Positions 11,601-23,328 of a stretch of 50,421 nt of DNA are shown in pieces; position 1 is the first letter of the stretch; each line of letters opens with the position of its first letter. The stretch covers positions 36,177,311-36,227,731 of the forward strand of contig NC_068995.1 of assembly GCF_001194135.2 (NCBI RefSeq), written 5' to 3'. The stretch is from Octopus bimaculoides. Its lineage: Eukaryota. The notes beneath the pieces are model-generated. The model did not search any database, was not told the origin of the DNA, and worked only from the letters and a program-made list of their open reading frames with translations. The position numbers were made by a program, and so were the translations under genes.

Positions 11601-14486
11601 CATTAGAAATCAGGCACATTCTAATTTAGAGAAACAGAGAAAGCAAAGTCTAAGGCCTGTATTATAAAAACTTACCATATACTCACCCACCAATTCTTCC
11701 CACGCCATTTCATTCTCTCAAACCAGTATCTTCAAATTTACTTGTCTTTCTTAGGGTGGTGAAAAATATCAAGATGCTTACTACATCTTCCAAGAGCAAG
11801 CAGATAAACATGCAGCTACTCCACTTTTATTGAATGGTCAAGCTGCTTGCTGCATGGCCCAGGGACATTTTGAAGACGCTGAATCACTGCTTCATGAGGC
11901 TATGGACAAAGTGAGTAATACAATAAATCTCTTTAGGAGTTCTCGTTTGTTTCAATAAAAACAAGAGGCCTTGTACATTGTCTGGTTCATGTAATTAAAA
12001 ATATTTTTGAGAGATATATCATTACTGCTTATAGCAGTGTCATTACTGGGTAAACTGTGAAATTTCAATCATGATTTCTTGGTCTACTCACTGCCTATCC
12101 AGTTTGATTAAATTAATATGTAATAAATATAATGTTGACATATAAATATGTATAATAGCAGTAAAAATGTTCTTTATTTGTTCTTGGGAACTCATCCTTG
12201 AATTCAAAACTGTGTACATATATGACATAGATGACATCACATGATTTGTACTTTATAAATCCTATAAAGTGATCAGAATATTTATCCTCCAAATGCAATG
12301 TTAACACTCATTCTCACTGTTCACCACTACCTTGTGTATGTATATATATACATATATATTTGTGGCACATGTAAACAAATGGCTTATTTATTCAATCAAG
12401 CTTTTGGTTAACTACTCATTGTACCAACAAATTAAGCTGTAAAAAAAATATTTGTTTTTCTGTGTGTGCTATGTGTATGAGGTGTGCATGTGTGTTACAC
12501 ATGTACACACACAAGCTTTTAGCTTAGTTTATTAATGAATATTATACTATAATTTATATATATTTGGTAAATATGAATTGCATCTTTCCATTTTATAGGA
12601 TAGTAACAATCCAGAGACCCTGGTGAATATGATTGTCCTTTCACAACATTTGGGTAAAGCACCAGAAGTAAGTAAACATTCTTTCAGAGAAAGCAAATTG
12701 TAATAATCATTAAACTAGTCTCTAATTTTCAACCCTAACCCTAATTTGGCACATTAATTATTATTGTTTTGTCATAATTTTAGTATCTGTTTTTCACTGC
12801 TAGCATCATTTATCGAATGTTCTCTAGTTGCCTGTTTATGAAGATTTCTGTGCCCGACAGGATTCCAAATTGCTTGATGCAATGTACTACTTACTATCCA
12901 ATATTAAAACTATTCCTCTAAGTGTCAAAGAAAACGTTGTTAGTACAATTCAAATCAAAGAAATTTACTAATTTTGTGGTTACTCTCGACTGGAGTTTTG
13001 AAAGATATTTTTTACTTTCTTGCAGAACTAATGTACCACTAAATTACTTGGAAAAAAGGAGAGAAATATGATGTCCATTTTCAAATATCTTGTCCTTAAA
13101 ACAAAAATCAAAATTTATACATCAAAGATTATCTTATAGCATAAGTTATTGTAACCAGTTTCCAATGTACTTAAAAAATGAAAATATTTTAGTTTACTTT
13201 GCAAACCAAATCTATTATTCTAATCTAGTGAAACAATTTCTTTGCTTCCATAGAGCTAGAGGAATGTTGAGATTTCTTTTATAAACTCTTACTATATATA
13301 GAGAGAGAGAAAGAGAGCATCTTTCATTCTAGAAAGAACTATTTCAATTGTTCTTAGCTTAATGACTAATGAGTGTTTTTTCTACTGCTGCTGGTAACAT
13401 ATTCTTTATTCCATTTTCCTTGAGATGCGCAATTGAAGTCAAACTACCTCATAAACTATCATTCTGCAACTAAATATATTTTCATAATACTTTATAAACA
13501 TATTAACACAAAAATTAAAAATAACTTATTTCTTATTAATTTAGACCAGAATGTTTTAATATGTCTACACTCATCATATATATTGTATCTATTTCAGGTC
13601 GCTAACAGATATATCTCTCAATTGAAGGACTCACATAAAAACCACCCTTTTGTTGTAGATTATTTACACAAGGTAGGTATTTTGTAAACATTATCAGCAA
13701 AATCATGTACTATAACCATGTCAGCAAAATCATGCACATCAACTCTTTGGCATTTCCTACCCAAATATTCTACCTTTTATATTCAAAATGGGCAGATCTG
13801 GTCTCTCACACTGTCCTACCATGTCATTCTAAAATTGATAACTACATCATGAAAATCTCAAGGCTGCAAGATAATGCATGATTATTCAAAACAATATGAA
13901 TTAATAAGCAATTTATCTGACAATGATCTGAATGCTAAAGGCTTAAACTCTACATGGCTTCATAAATCCCAGTTAAATAGCTGTGGAACTGAACCCAAGA
14001 CCATGTGGTTGAGAAACAAACTTTTTACCACGTGTGTGTGTAAGTGTATTTGTGTCTCCATTGTCTTGCCGCCGCGTGATAGTTGTAAATGTGTGTCACT
14101 GACATACAAGCAATGTCATTCATATTCTGTATGAGAACATGCTGAGGGTTGGTATTTGGCTGCAGAAAATCTGCCTTGATAAACTCTGCCTAAACCTTGG
14201 AAGCATGAAAAAGTGGGCATTAAAGTGAGGATGATGATGATGCATATACAACAGGCTTTTATAAAGTTCCCATCTACCAATTTCACTCTCAAGTCATTGG
14301 GGAGCCTGAGGCTTTAGGAAAAGACATACACCTTACCATATTCTGGGAATGAACCCAAAACCACAAAATGTTCCATTTTGTTTTCATTAACTCTGGGGTT
14401 GAATCCTCTATAAAAATGTTTATTCTTTACAGGAGAATGAATTTGACCGTCTTGTGAGAAACTATGGACCAAGTGTTACAGCCTAA
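2672..14486 (+). CDS. COPE: Coatomer subunit epsilon (epsilon-COP), 10 coding exons, 300 aa
   Basis: join(2672..2767,4871..5034,6313..6415,7098..7147,8749..8802,10841..10922,11755..11910,12599..12667,13598..13672,14433..14486). All introns are GT-AG and the total is 903 nt in frame. Translation: [28 protein letters not shown]...[12 protein letters not shown]...[18 protein letters not shown]...[36 protein letters not shown]...[17 protein letters not shown], typical of epsilon-COP. Confidence 0.97.
3518..3800 (-). mobile_element. tRNA-derived CORE-type SINE (octopus OR2-like), internally deleted
   Basis: Same head, core (CCTTGGGCAAGTGTCTTCTACTATAG) and tail as the other copies in the window. 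Confidence 0.8.
3821..3873 (-). pseudogene. 5'-truncated tRNA-Gln(TTG) pseudogene
   Basis: Minus strand reads TAGCAGCCTGAATTTTGAATCCAGCGACCTAAGTTCGCATCTCGGTGGAACCT, matching the 3' two-thirds of eukaryotic tRNA-Gln (CTGGACTTTGAATCCAGCGATCCGAGTTCAAATCTCGGTGGAACCT). The 5' acceptor strand is missing and the B-box is mutated. Confidence 0.75.
4298..4343 (-). ncRNA. Minimal type I hammerhead ribozyme motif (Penelope-type)
   Basis: GACAC-CUGAAGA-A-GGCUG(10 nt)CAGCC-GAAA-CGU-U-GUGUU. Stem I has 5 bp, stem II has 5 bp, and stem III is the palindrome ACGU. Confidence 0.65.
4619..4664 (+). ncRNA. Minimal type I hammerhead ribozyme motif (second arm)
   Basis: GACAC-CUGAAGA-A-GGCUG(10 nt)CAGCC-GAAA-UGU-C-GUGUU. 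It has a GUC triplet and a C-to-U change in stem III. Confidence 0.6.
5377..5770 (+). mobile_element. tRNA-derived CORE-type SINE (OR2-like), near full length
   Basis: GGCGCAAGAGTGGCTGTGCGG head, GGTTCAGTCCC B-box-like motif, CCTTGGGCAAGTGTC core, internal (TA/TG)n, tail GAAACAAGTAAAAGAGT. Confidence 0.88.
5782..5973 (-). mobile_element. Helitron (Pif1-type) helicase fragment, degenerate
   Basis: [60 protein letters not shown] aligns with the Helitron/Pif1 motif QFP.RLA.A.TI.KSQGQT..KV. It contains an in-frame stop. Confidence 0.75.
6565..6920 (+). mobile_element. Degenerate CORE-type SINE
   Basis: Diverged copy with recognisable head, core and tail. Confidence 0.7.
7970..8338 (-). mobile_element. 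Second tRNA-derived SINE family (OR1-like)
   Basis: Minus-strand head GGCGCAATGGCCCAGTGGTTAGGGCAGCGGACTC...GGTTTTGATTCCC with A and B boxes. Degraded body fragments recur near 11180-11270 and 30200-30270. Confidence 0.75.
8995..9644 (-). mobile_element. Mariner (Mos1/SETMAR-like) transposon, 5' part
   Basis: TIR-like TATTGGGTCATCCCATAAATAATG. The [42 protein letters not shown] is a mariner HTH N-terminus and is frameshifted downstream. Confidence 0.85.
10549..10758. mobile_element. piggyBac-like MITE (degenerate)
   Basis: Ends CCCTTTAGCATT and AATGCTTAATGGG; related to the copy at 13741. Confidence 0.5.
13741..13946. mobile_element. piggyBac-like MITE
   Basis: Ends AACTCTTTGGCATT and AATGCTAAAGGCTTAA, with a TTAA-type terminus. 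Confidence 0.5.
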
Positions 14487-15689
14487 ATGTAAGTTGAGTT
14501 TTTCATTATCTGAGGAATATTTGGTCAAAGGTATTTTTATTGCTAGATTGTTAATTCCCAGATATGACTGCTATCTTCTGATAAAAGTTTTCTAAAATTT
14601 TACAATCCATCTACTTATTTTTCTGTAAATTTCTCTGGGATATCAACTTAAAGAGAACACCATCATTTTGCTGGAGTGGTTTCACAATGTTTTCGTATGG
14701 TCATATTAAAATTTCTGTTAACCTTTATTAAGCTAACAACACATTATTTAAACAGTCCTCAATACTTACAGGACTGTTTAAATAGTGTAACATTGTATAA
14801 CAAGATTTTTTTTTTTGTCTTTGGTCAGTAAGTATTATTTCATATTTGCTATTATCTAGAAATAAAAAGAAAATGACTACTATTCCCATCAAACTTTGAT
14901 TTTGTGACCTAGACACCAATATTTTGAAACTGACCTAATTTTCATTACATTTCAGACTGATTCAGTACTGCGTTGCTGAGGCAGAAATATCATTATAGCA
15001 AATATTCTGCTCCATATCACAGATCTGTTTGTCATTTTGCTTGACCTTAACCACTTGGGCATGTCCCTTAGCAGCTGACATGTGCATCTCTAATCATGAG
15101 CAGGGGTAGTGGGGGAACAATAGCCATGTGTTGAAAGGGATTCTTTGGGATTTAAATAAATGTAACAAAAGCAAAGTTTGAAGGAAACATTAGCCATTTT
15201 TCATGCATTCTAGGAGTAAGCAAATAGGAAATAAGTTGCTACCCATAGACAAAAATTGTGTTACATAGTGTTATCAGTGTATTTTGTCTTTTATTAAATA
15301 AACTTTTCTTTCTCATTTTAGGTATTGAACTTACATTGATGAAATCAGAAAATACTTTACATCAGCTATTACTCTGTTTCTCTATTTCTGGACCATTATT
15401 TCTATTATATGTAACAATTGTCTTATTTTTCTGCAAAACTAGAATAAAATTATCTCAGTTATATTTTCTTTCAACTTTGCTTATCATTTATATCATCATC
15501 TCATAGTTACATGTTACACTTGTAGAATCATATTACAAATATGTGGAGTGGGGGTGAATAACTGCTCTACAGTACCCTCTATGTCACATAGTAGTGAGCT
15601 GTCTGTGGACAATAGTTTTTAGCTTTCAATCTAGTAGAAAATTACATCTGCCTCTGAATTTGCAGAATTGGTGAAACCAAATAATTTTA

Positions 15690-16060
15690 TAGGTGCAAGC
15701 GTGGTTGTGTGGTAAGAAGCTTGCTTCCAGGTTCAGTCCCACAGCTTGGTACCTTAGGCAAGTGTTTTCTACTACAGCCTCAGGTTAACCAAAGCCTTGT
15801 GAGTGGATATGGTAGACTGAAACTGAAAGAATATATATGTGTGCTTGTGTCTGTGTTTATCTCCTTACCACCACCAGCACTTGACAACTGGTGTTTGTGT
15901 GTTTACGTCCCCATAATTTAGCAGTTTGGACAAAAGAGACTGATAGAATAAGTACCAGGCTTTTAAAACAAATGAGTACTGGGGTCAATTCAGTTGACTA
16001 AAAATTCTTTAAGGTGGTGCTCCAGCATGGCTGCAGTCTCACAACTGAAACAGATCAAAG
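15690..16060 (+). mobile_element. CORE-type SINE
   Basis: Head, core and tail as at 5377. Confidence 0.82.
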
Positions 16061-16519
16061 ATTGAAGAACTTTATAGATTTTTCATTTCTTTCTCTTTGT
16101 TCTTCCTTTCATCTAAAATACAAAACAGCCAATCTTCTTTAAGAACTGTTCAAATACATATAGGCAGTCATCATCGTCGTCTAACATCCACTTTTCCATG
16201 TTTGCATGGGTCAGACAAAATTTGTTGAGGCAGATTTTCTACAGCCGGATACCCTTCCTATCACCAACACTCACCTATTTCCAAGCAAAGTAATATTTCT
16301 CCATCACCAGACTTATTTTTCACAACAGATAGGAAATGAACAACATACTCAATTACAACTGTCACATCATGTCATATATATATAATTAAAACAGTTTGAT
16401 TTGGCTCCAGGCTTTAGAGGCTCGTGAAACTTTGTCGCATGGAGCCCAATCCAACTGTTTTAAATAATACATGTAACTCCTACTAAATGTGCCTTTTTCT
16501 TTTGTTTGTCCACTCACTC

Positions 16520-16751
16520 ATCTATATATACTCTTTACTCTCTTTTACTCTTTTACTTGTTTCAGTCATTTGACTGCAGCCATGCTGGAGCACCACCTTT
16601 GTAGTCGAGAAATTCGACCCCAGGACTTATTCTTTGTAAGCCTAGTACTTATTCTATCGGTCTCTTTTTGCCGAACCGCTAAGTTACGGGGACGTAAACA
16701 CACCAGCATCGGTTGTCAAGCAATACTAGGGGGACAAACACAGACACACAA

Positions 16752-16796
<45 letters not shown>

Positions 16797-16978
16797 CATA
16801 TATACATATATACAACAGGCTTCTTTCAGTTTCCGTCTACCAAATCCACTCACAAGGCTTTGGTCGGCCCGAGGCTATAGTAGAAGACACTTGCCCAAGG
16901 TGCCACGCAGTGGGACTGAACCCGGAACCATGTGGTTGGTAAGCAAGCTACTTACCACATAGCCACTCCTGCGCCTAT
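16520..16978 (-). mobile_element. CORE-type SINE, young full-length copy
   Basis: Little divergence from the other copies; internal (CA)n(TA)n; tail (GAGTAAAA)n. Confidence 0.9.
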
Positions 16979-17129
16979 AATACAGATGACAGGTTCTTTC
17001 AGTTCCTCTCTATGACACATGAGCTGTATATACTGCTTTTACATGTTTTTTATGTGTTAGAATGTGCACAAATAGTTGTTCTCCATAGCAGATTCCACAG
17101 AGCATCTGTTTTGATGCCTCTCTACATTA

Positions 17130-17457
17130 CAGTAATCCCTCACCATATCGTATTTCATCATCATCGTTTAACGTCCGCCTTCCATGCTAGCATGGGTTGG
17201 ACNNNNNNNNNNGTGCCATTGACGGTTTCACTTTCGCTTGCCCCAATAGGTCTTCGCAAGCCATCTATCACAATTTATTTTAAGCTTATGTTGATTCCTC
17301 TGTGGTGGTGTTTTGCATTTATAATAAAATAAACATATACAAATTATAAAAATAATTTTAAAAATATATACAGTACAGTACTGTTTCTACTTTGCAGATT
17401 TTCACCTATCATGGGGGTGTTTGGAACATAGCACCTGCGATAGTCAAGGGATTACTA
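17130..17457. mobile_element. Tigger/pogo-like MITE interrupted by an RTE 3' tail and a short gap
   Basis: TIRs CAGTAATCCCT and AGGGATTACT with flanking TA. The RTE tail CATCATCGTTTAACGTCC... is nested at about 17158. Confidence 0.6.
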
Positions 17458-17509
17458 TATTTACTAATTCCTTTAAACATCACTGAAATGCTAAATATGT
17501 TTTTAGCCT

Positions 17510-18045
17510 TTAGGTGTGGCTGTATGGTAAGAAACTTGCTTCCCAACCTCATGGTTCCATGTTCAGTCCCACTGCATAGCACCTTGGGCAAATGTCTTCT
17601 ACTACAGCCTCAGACCAACCAAAGCCTTGTGAGTGGATTTGGTAGACAGAAACTGAAAGAAGACTGTCATATATAGATATATAAATAGATATGACACACT
17701 TCTCTTAGTTACTGCCTACCAAATCCACTCACAAGGCAGGATTGCACCTAAGGACTTATGCACTTGTTTCTACAACATCGGAAACTTGAACTATGTACTT
17801 TAATTTGCCTTGCCTTAACGTTTGTTGTCCTCTTGAACAATTATATATAGATAGATATGTATATATCTATGAGTTTGTGTCTGTTTGTCCCCTTATCACT
17901 GCTTGACAACTGGTGTTGGTCTGTTTATGTCCCCATAAAAGGGATTAATAGAATAAGTACTAGGCTTAAGAAAATAAGTCCTGGGATTGATTTGTTCAAC
18001 TAAAAAGGCCTCCAAGGTAGTGCCCCAGCATGGTCACAGGCAAAA
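17510..18045 (+). mobile_element. CORE-type SINE with an internal insert
   Basis: Head at about 17510 and tail at about 17880-18045. Confidence 0.7.
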
Positions 18046-18209
18046 AAAAATTTTTTAAATACTAAAACATGCTCCAAAGAAAACTGAAAATAGTTTATTT
18101 ATTTTTGATCAGTATTTTTTGTTAAAAAAAAAAAAAAAAAATTAAATGAACTAAAATATTTTACACAATAATCAGGCAGAAAATCGTTCAATCAATACCA
18201 AGAACTGTA

Positions 18210-21200
18210 TTAGAAATCGTTGTCACTGTCATCATCTTCTTCAATCATTTTGTGTCGTAACACAGCACTGCTAGGTGCTGTTTTCGATTTGACTGCTATT
18301 TCAATATCTTCATCATCATCAAGATCACCCTCATTGTTATCAAGATCTATATCTGAGTCACTGCCAGATTCCTGTTGCGAAAATAAATAAAATTTAGAAT
18401 TTCATATATATATATATATATGCGAGGGGATGCTGAAAAGTTTCTGGTTTGGGGTAAAAGAAAATATTAGAGGATCAGTCAATTATGATTTTATTCAACA
18501 TATTCCCCTCCCAGATTCACACACTTATTGTAGCAGTCCTTCAGTTTTTCTAATCCATGTGAAAGAACTTTGAAGGTTGGGCCTCCAACCAAGCCTTTTG
18601 CAATACCCTTATAGCCAGGAACTTTTCAATAGTCCCTCATGTGTGTGTATGTATATATATATATATGGGAGACTTTACGAAAAAAAACAACAACAGACGA
18701 GGACAGGTGGTGTAAACAACAAAAGGATGTATTAGTTTAACGCTCGGTAATAGAGAAAGTAACGTTTCGAGCTACGCTCTTCACCAGAAAGAATACGGAG
18801 AAAAACACGGGAGAAAAAAAATTGAATGTTTTGGTCAGTGATCTACCAAACTTCATCACAATGGTGATAGAATTGGTTTAACTGAGGTACAGTGGGGTTT
18901 TTTATGTCATAAGACCAGGCCTGAGCTAATAACATGTTCATTAATTACACAGCATTGTAACTTTTCTTTACAGTTGAGAGCTGTAGTGCAAAACACCTTT
19001 TTCTGTCCCTCAATACTACTCACTTCCTCAGTTGAGGAATCTTGTCTAGCAAGTTACTTAGTAACCTAACTGGCTCCGATACCATGTAAAAAGCACCAAG
19101 TATACTCTGTTTAGTGGTTGGCATTAGGAAGGGCATCCAGCCAAAGAAACCATAAAAAAGCAGACAGCAGAGATTGGTACAGTCCTCTGGCTTGCCAGTT
19201 CCTGTCAGAACATCCAATGCATGCCAGCATGGAAAACGAATAATAAATGATGAGCTGTACCGATTTCTGGAACGTATTTAGATCTATTAAGCCAGCAAGT
19301 GTTATGGTTTTTTGAGAATAGATATTGTACAATAGTGATGTTACAACACAAACTGCTGTATAATACACTCTGAATCAAGCCAGCTGCATCTCCCAACAAC
19401 CTACTAGAAAACATGGTTGTCCCTCAAAGCATAACACAAGTTATATTTATTTTTTTGAATGAAATGAATCTAACTTTTTCAGTTGTAAGATAGGAAAGAT
19501 TTTACTCAAAATTTCTAGAGTTAACAGTTAACAAGTAAATCAAGCAAACAAGATTTCCATCAACAACAACTTTTCTATATTTTTTTAAATTATGGTATAT
19601 ACCAATGCTAGGTTTGATAGTTATTTAAATTCAGAACATTTCAAGAATTGCTATCATCATCATTTTTTTTTTCATCAGCTCTTTCATGCTGACATGGCTT
19701 GGACAATACTATTTGAAACAACTTTCTGGCCTAATGCCTTTCAAGACACCAACCACTTTTAGTTGACTTACAACACACAGATATGGTGTACTCATTTCTA
19801 TAATACACACAAAGAGCAAGTATTTTATACTTGCCTTTGCCTTATTCCAATTCCTTGTGACAAAAAGTTGTAAAAATACAGTAAATATGAATTGTATCTT
19901 TTGTATATTTTACAATCCACAGACTCGAGATTGTACTCTAATCATCAGAAGTAATTCTCCTTAACTAAGCACTAAGAATTTGTATTTGGATGCAGAGGAT
20001 AAGAAGGTGTGAGATTAATGCCTTTGTCTTGAGGCCAATAGCAGTGTCAATGCTACTGTCCAATACTTTGTAGCAACGACGTGTGCATGCGTAGTCTCAC
20101 GCATGCGTAGAATTAAACAACCAAGCGTTCCCGCTCAATTCATTCTCTTTCTCGCTGGCCAGCGATTGAGCATGGACGTATTTAAGCTGTCTCTCTACAT
20201 CTTTCGGACTTACACTCGACAGCTCGCTCACAACTACAGAACAACGTCCCAACAACTATGCTCATACACACAGAAGCTGTAACAACAAGAACTAATGATG
20301 TATATATTTACCACCTAAATAAAGTGTTGTTTAAGTTGATAGTCTGGAGTTCAGCGTTCCGTTATATTCTATAATTTTATAGTAGGAAAGTCAGGTATAC
20401 AATCTAAAGATGTATAACCCACTTTCTACTAAAACTTAATGCCATTAAAACAAGGATAAACCCCAGCATATTTTGTGTTTTAGAAAAAGACAGTTAAATT
20501 TGTTTAGAAAATATTTCAAGTTTTCCAATCAGCTGTAAGGACAAGAAAAGGGAATATCTTTGAATGTTTCTGTTTTACTTACATCTTCTGAATCATCAAT
20601 AAACATTGAACCTTGCACATGAGCTTTTCTCTCACTATGTGTCAAGCTGGCTCCTACAGCAAAAGAAATAACGGAAATCATAAGAATTTGAAACACATTT
20701 TTATATGTAGGAAGTAGAGTATGGTGCCTTGCTGAACAATAATCTGAAAGTAAAATAGAGAGCCATGCACAATTGTCTGAAAGTAGAGTATGGTGCCTTG
20801 CTTAACAACAGAATCTTTCATTTTCTAGAATTTACCTTCAGGCCTTGTTCTGCTGTGGACAGGTCGAATTGGACGTTGAACCTGACTATCATCTAATTCA
20901 GAACCACTGTCTAAGACATCTGTAAAACAAAAAAAAAGAAACAAACCATAAAGAGTTTAGGGTTCTAGAGTTTTTCATAATTACAAAGGGATTCTCTCAC
21001 TTCACATAAAACTTGTAAATTCAAATGTGCAGTGCAAAGAAATAGTTATTAATGTTAGGATGAGCTAAATATAATCCACTGGATATTGATACTTGGCACC
21101 AGATCAGCCCTGATCAAGCAAATTTATGATCAAATGCATTCCAGCCCCATGACCATACCATTATTGTTATATAATATACAGAAGTTGGATAAAATAATGG

Positions 21201-23275
21201 AAACACCTTAAAATTTCAAACAAATTTATTTTAATATGGGGTAGGACTGCCTTTGACAGCAATTACAGCTTGAATTCTACAAGGTATGGACTTGTACAAA
21301 GTTTGAATTGTTTCCAAAGGAATTTTTGTCCATTCTTCAGCTAAAACAGTCTCCAGTTCTTGTAGTGATGATGATGGAGGATATCAACTCCTTACTTGTT
21401 TTTCTAAAATGCACCATAAATGTTCAATAATATTGAGATCTGGGGACTGTGGTGGCCAGATAAGATGTTCAACTTCACTAGAATGTTCCATAGATATGAC
21501 AGACTTCTTTTAGTTTCTGTCTACCAAATCCACTTACAAGGCAGTAACAACTTTAGCTGAATGAATTGGTGCATTATCATCCTGAAAGATTGCATTTCCC
21601 TCTGGGAACAGTTCCGCAACCATAGGATGAATTTGATCAACTAAAATGCTTAAATAGTCTTGGCTATTAATTCTGCCATGAAGGGAAATCATTGGGCCAT
21701 CAGATTTCCAAGATATACCCCCCGCCCCGATCATCACAGATCCTCCTCCATGTTTAACAGTTGGAAGAAGGCAGTCTGGATCAAATGCTTCTTTTGGCTC
21801 TCTCCACATATATACTCAGCCGGTGTTTGGAAATAAGGTAAAGGATGACACGTCTGACAAAATAACATTCTTCCACTGCTCTAGGGACCAATTCTGTAGG
21901 TTTTTACTCCACTCTAAATGCTTTGCAACGTTTGTTTTTGAAAGTAGTGGTTTACTGATTACAGCCCACCCATGAATTACTACAAGGTCACCCACTCAAT
22001 GATTCTGCCCAATGAACAATTCAAGCCTCGGATTAATACTAGAATTCAAAACCAAATCTAGGTGCCAATACCATTATATGCCATTAAATCAGAAAAGACA
22101 CGCATATAAGTTGGAAATTCTAATATGAAAGAAATCATAAACAAAGACACTAACCTGAGGTTTGGCTGAAATCATCATCTTCATCATCTTCATCAAAAAT
22201 ATTCTTGGGGTCTCTTTCAACTTGGCGTAATGCCTCAGCTGTCGATTTCAGAGCATATTGATTTTCCTAGAGAATCAATAACATAAAATCTGTTATATCA
22301 CAGATGTAACATCTGGTAAATCAAATATCAATATAGTACACAAGTATGTGCTGTTTGCAAACAACCTAACAAGTCTACTGATAGAACAAATGTCATATTT
22401 CCTGGCAGCATACAAGTTGAATTTTCCAAACCAAAAATTCCATGTAAAATGCTTCAGGATTTGGAAAGCAACTGATGATGTTTGAATGTTTACACAACAT
22501 GTTTACCAATATATATTCTATATTGACTTGTATACCAAACAATACAGTATCACACCAACAATGAAATATACAAACTTTCACTTTATCTTGTTCCATTTTA
22601 CTGTATTCTTCAAGTTGTTGTTCAAGGTATGTGAGATTGCGGAACTTGATAATGTAAGCTTCATATAGTTTCTCTAATTCTTGTTCCAGTCTTTCGTATT
22701 CATCCATATAAGCAGGCCTTAAAATAAAAATGAGATTCTCTGTAAGAATTATATTGATGCAAAAAAGATATTTCTAAATCATCATCATGTGGTCTAGTGG
22801 CTAGGATTCCTGACTTTCACCCAGGCGGCCCGGGTTCAATTCCCAGCATGAGAACTAGTTTTTTATAGGCATAGGAGTGGTTGTGTGGTAAGTAGCCTGC
22901 TTACCAACCACATGGTTCCGGGTTCAGTTCCACTGCCTGGCACCTTGGGCAAGTGTCTTCTACTATAGCCTTGAGCCGACCAAAGCCTTGTGAGTAGATT
23001 TGGTAGACAGAAACTGAAAGAAGCTCNNNNNNNNNNNNNNNNNNNNNNNNNNNNNNNNNNNNNNNNNNNNNNNNNNNNNNNNNNNNNNNNNNNNNNNNNN
23101 NNNNNNNNNNNNNNNNNNNNNNNNNNNNNNNNNNNNNNNNNNNNNNNNNNNNNNNNNNNNNNNNNNNNNNNNNNNNNNNNNNNNNNNNNNNNNNNNNNNN
23201 NNNNNNNNNNNNNNNNNNNNNNNNNNNNNNNNNNNNNNNNNNNNNNNNNNNNNNNNNNNNNNNNNNNNNNNNNNN

Positions 23276-23328
<53 letters not shown>

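Noticed and set aside
12731-12744. AACCCTAACCCTAA telomere-like repeat
   Set aside because: Only about 2 units, which is expected by chance.
16489-16962. 157-aa ORF and similar ORFs (5342, 27252, 47402)
   Set aside because: Chance translations of the CORE-type SINE; the same peptide recurs wherever the SINE does.
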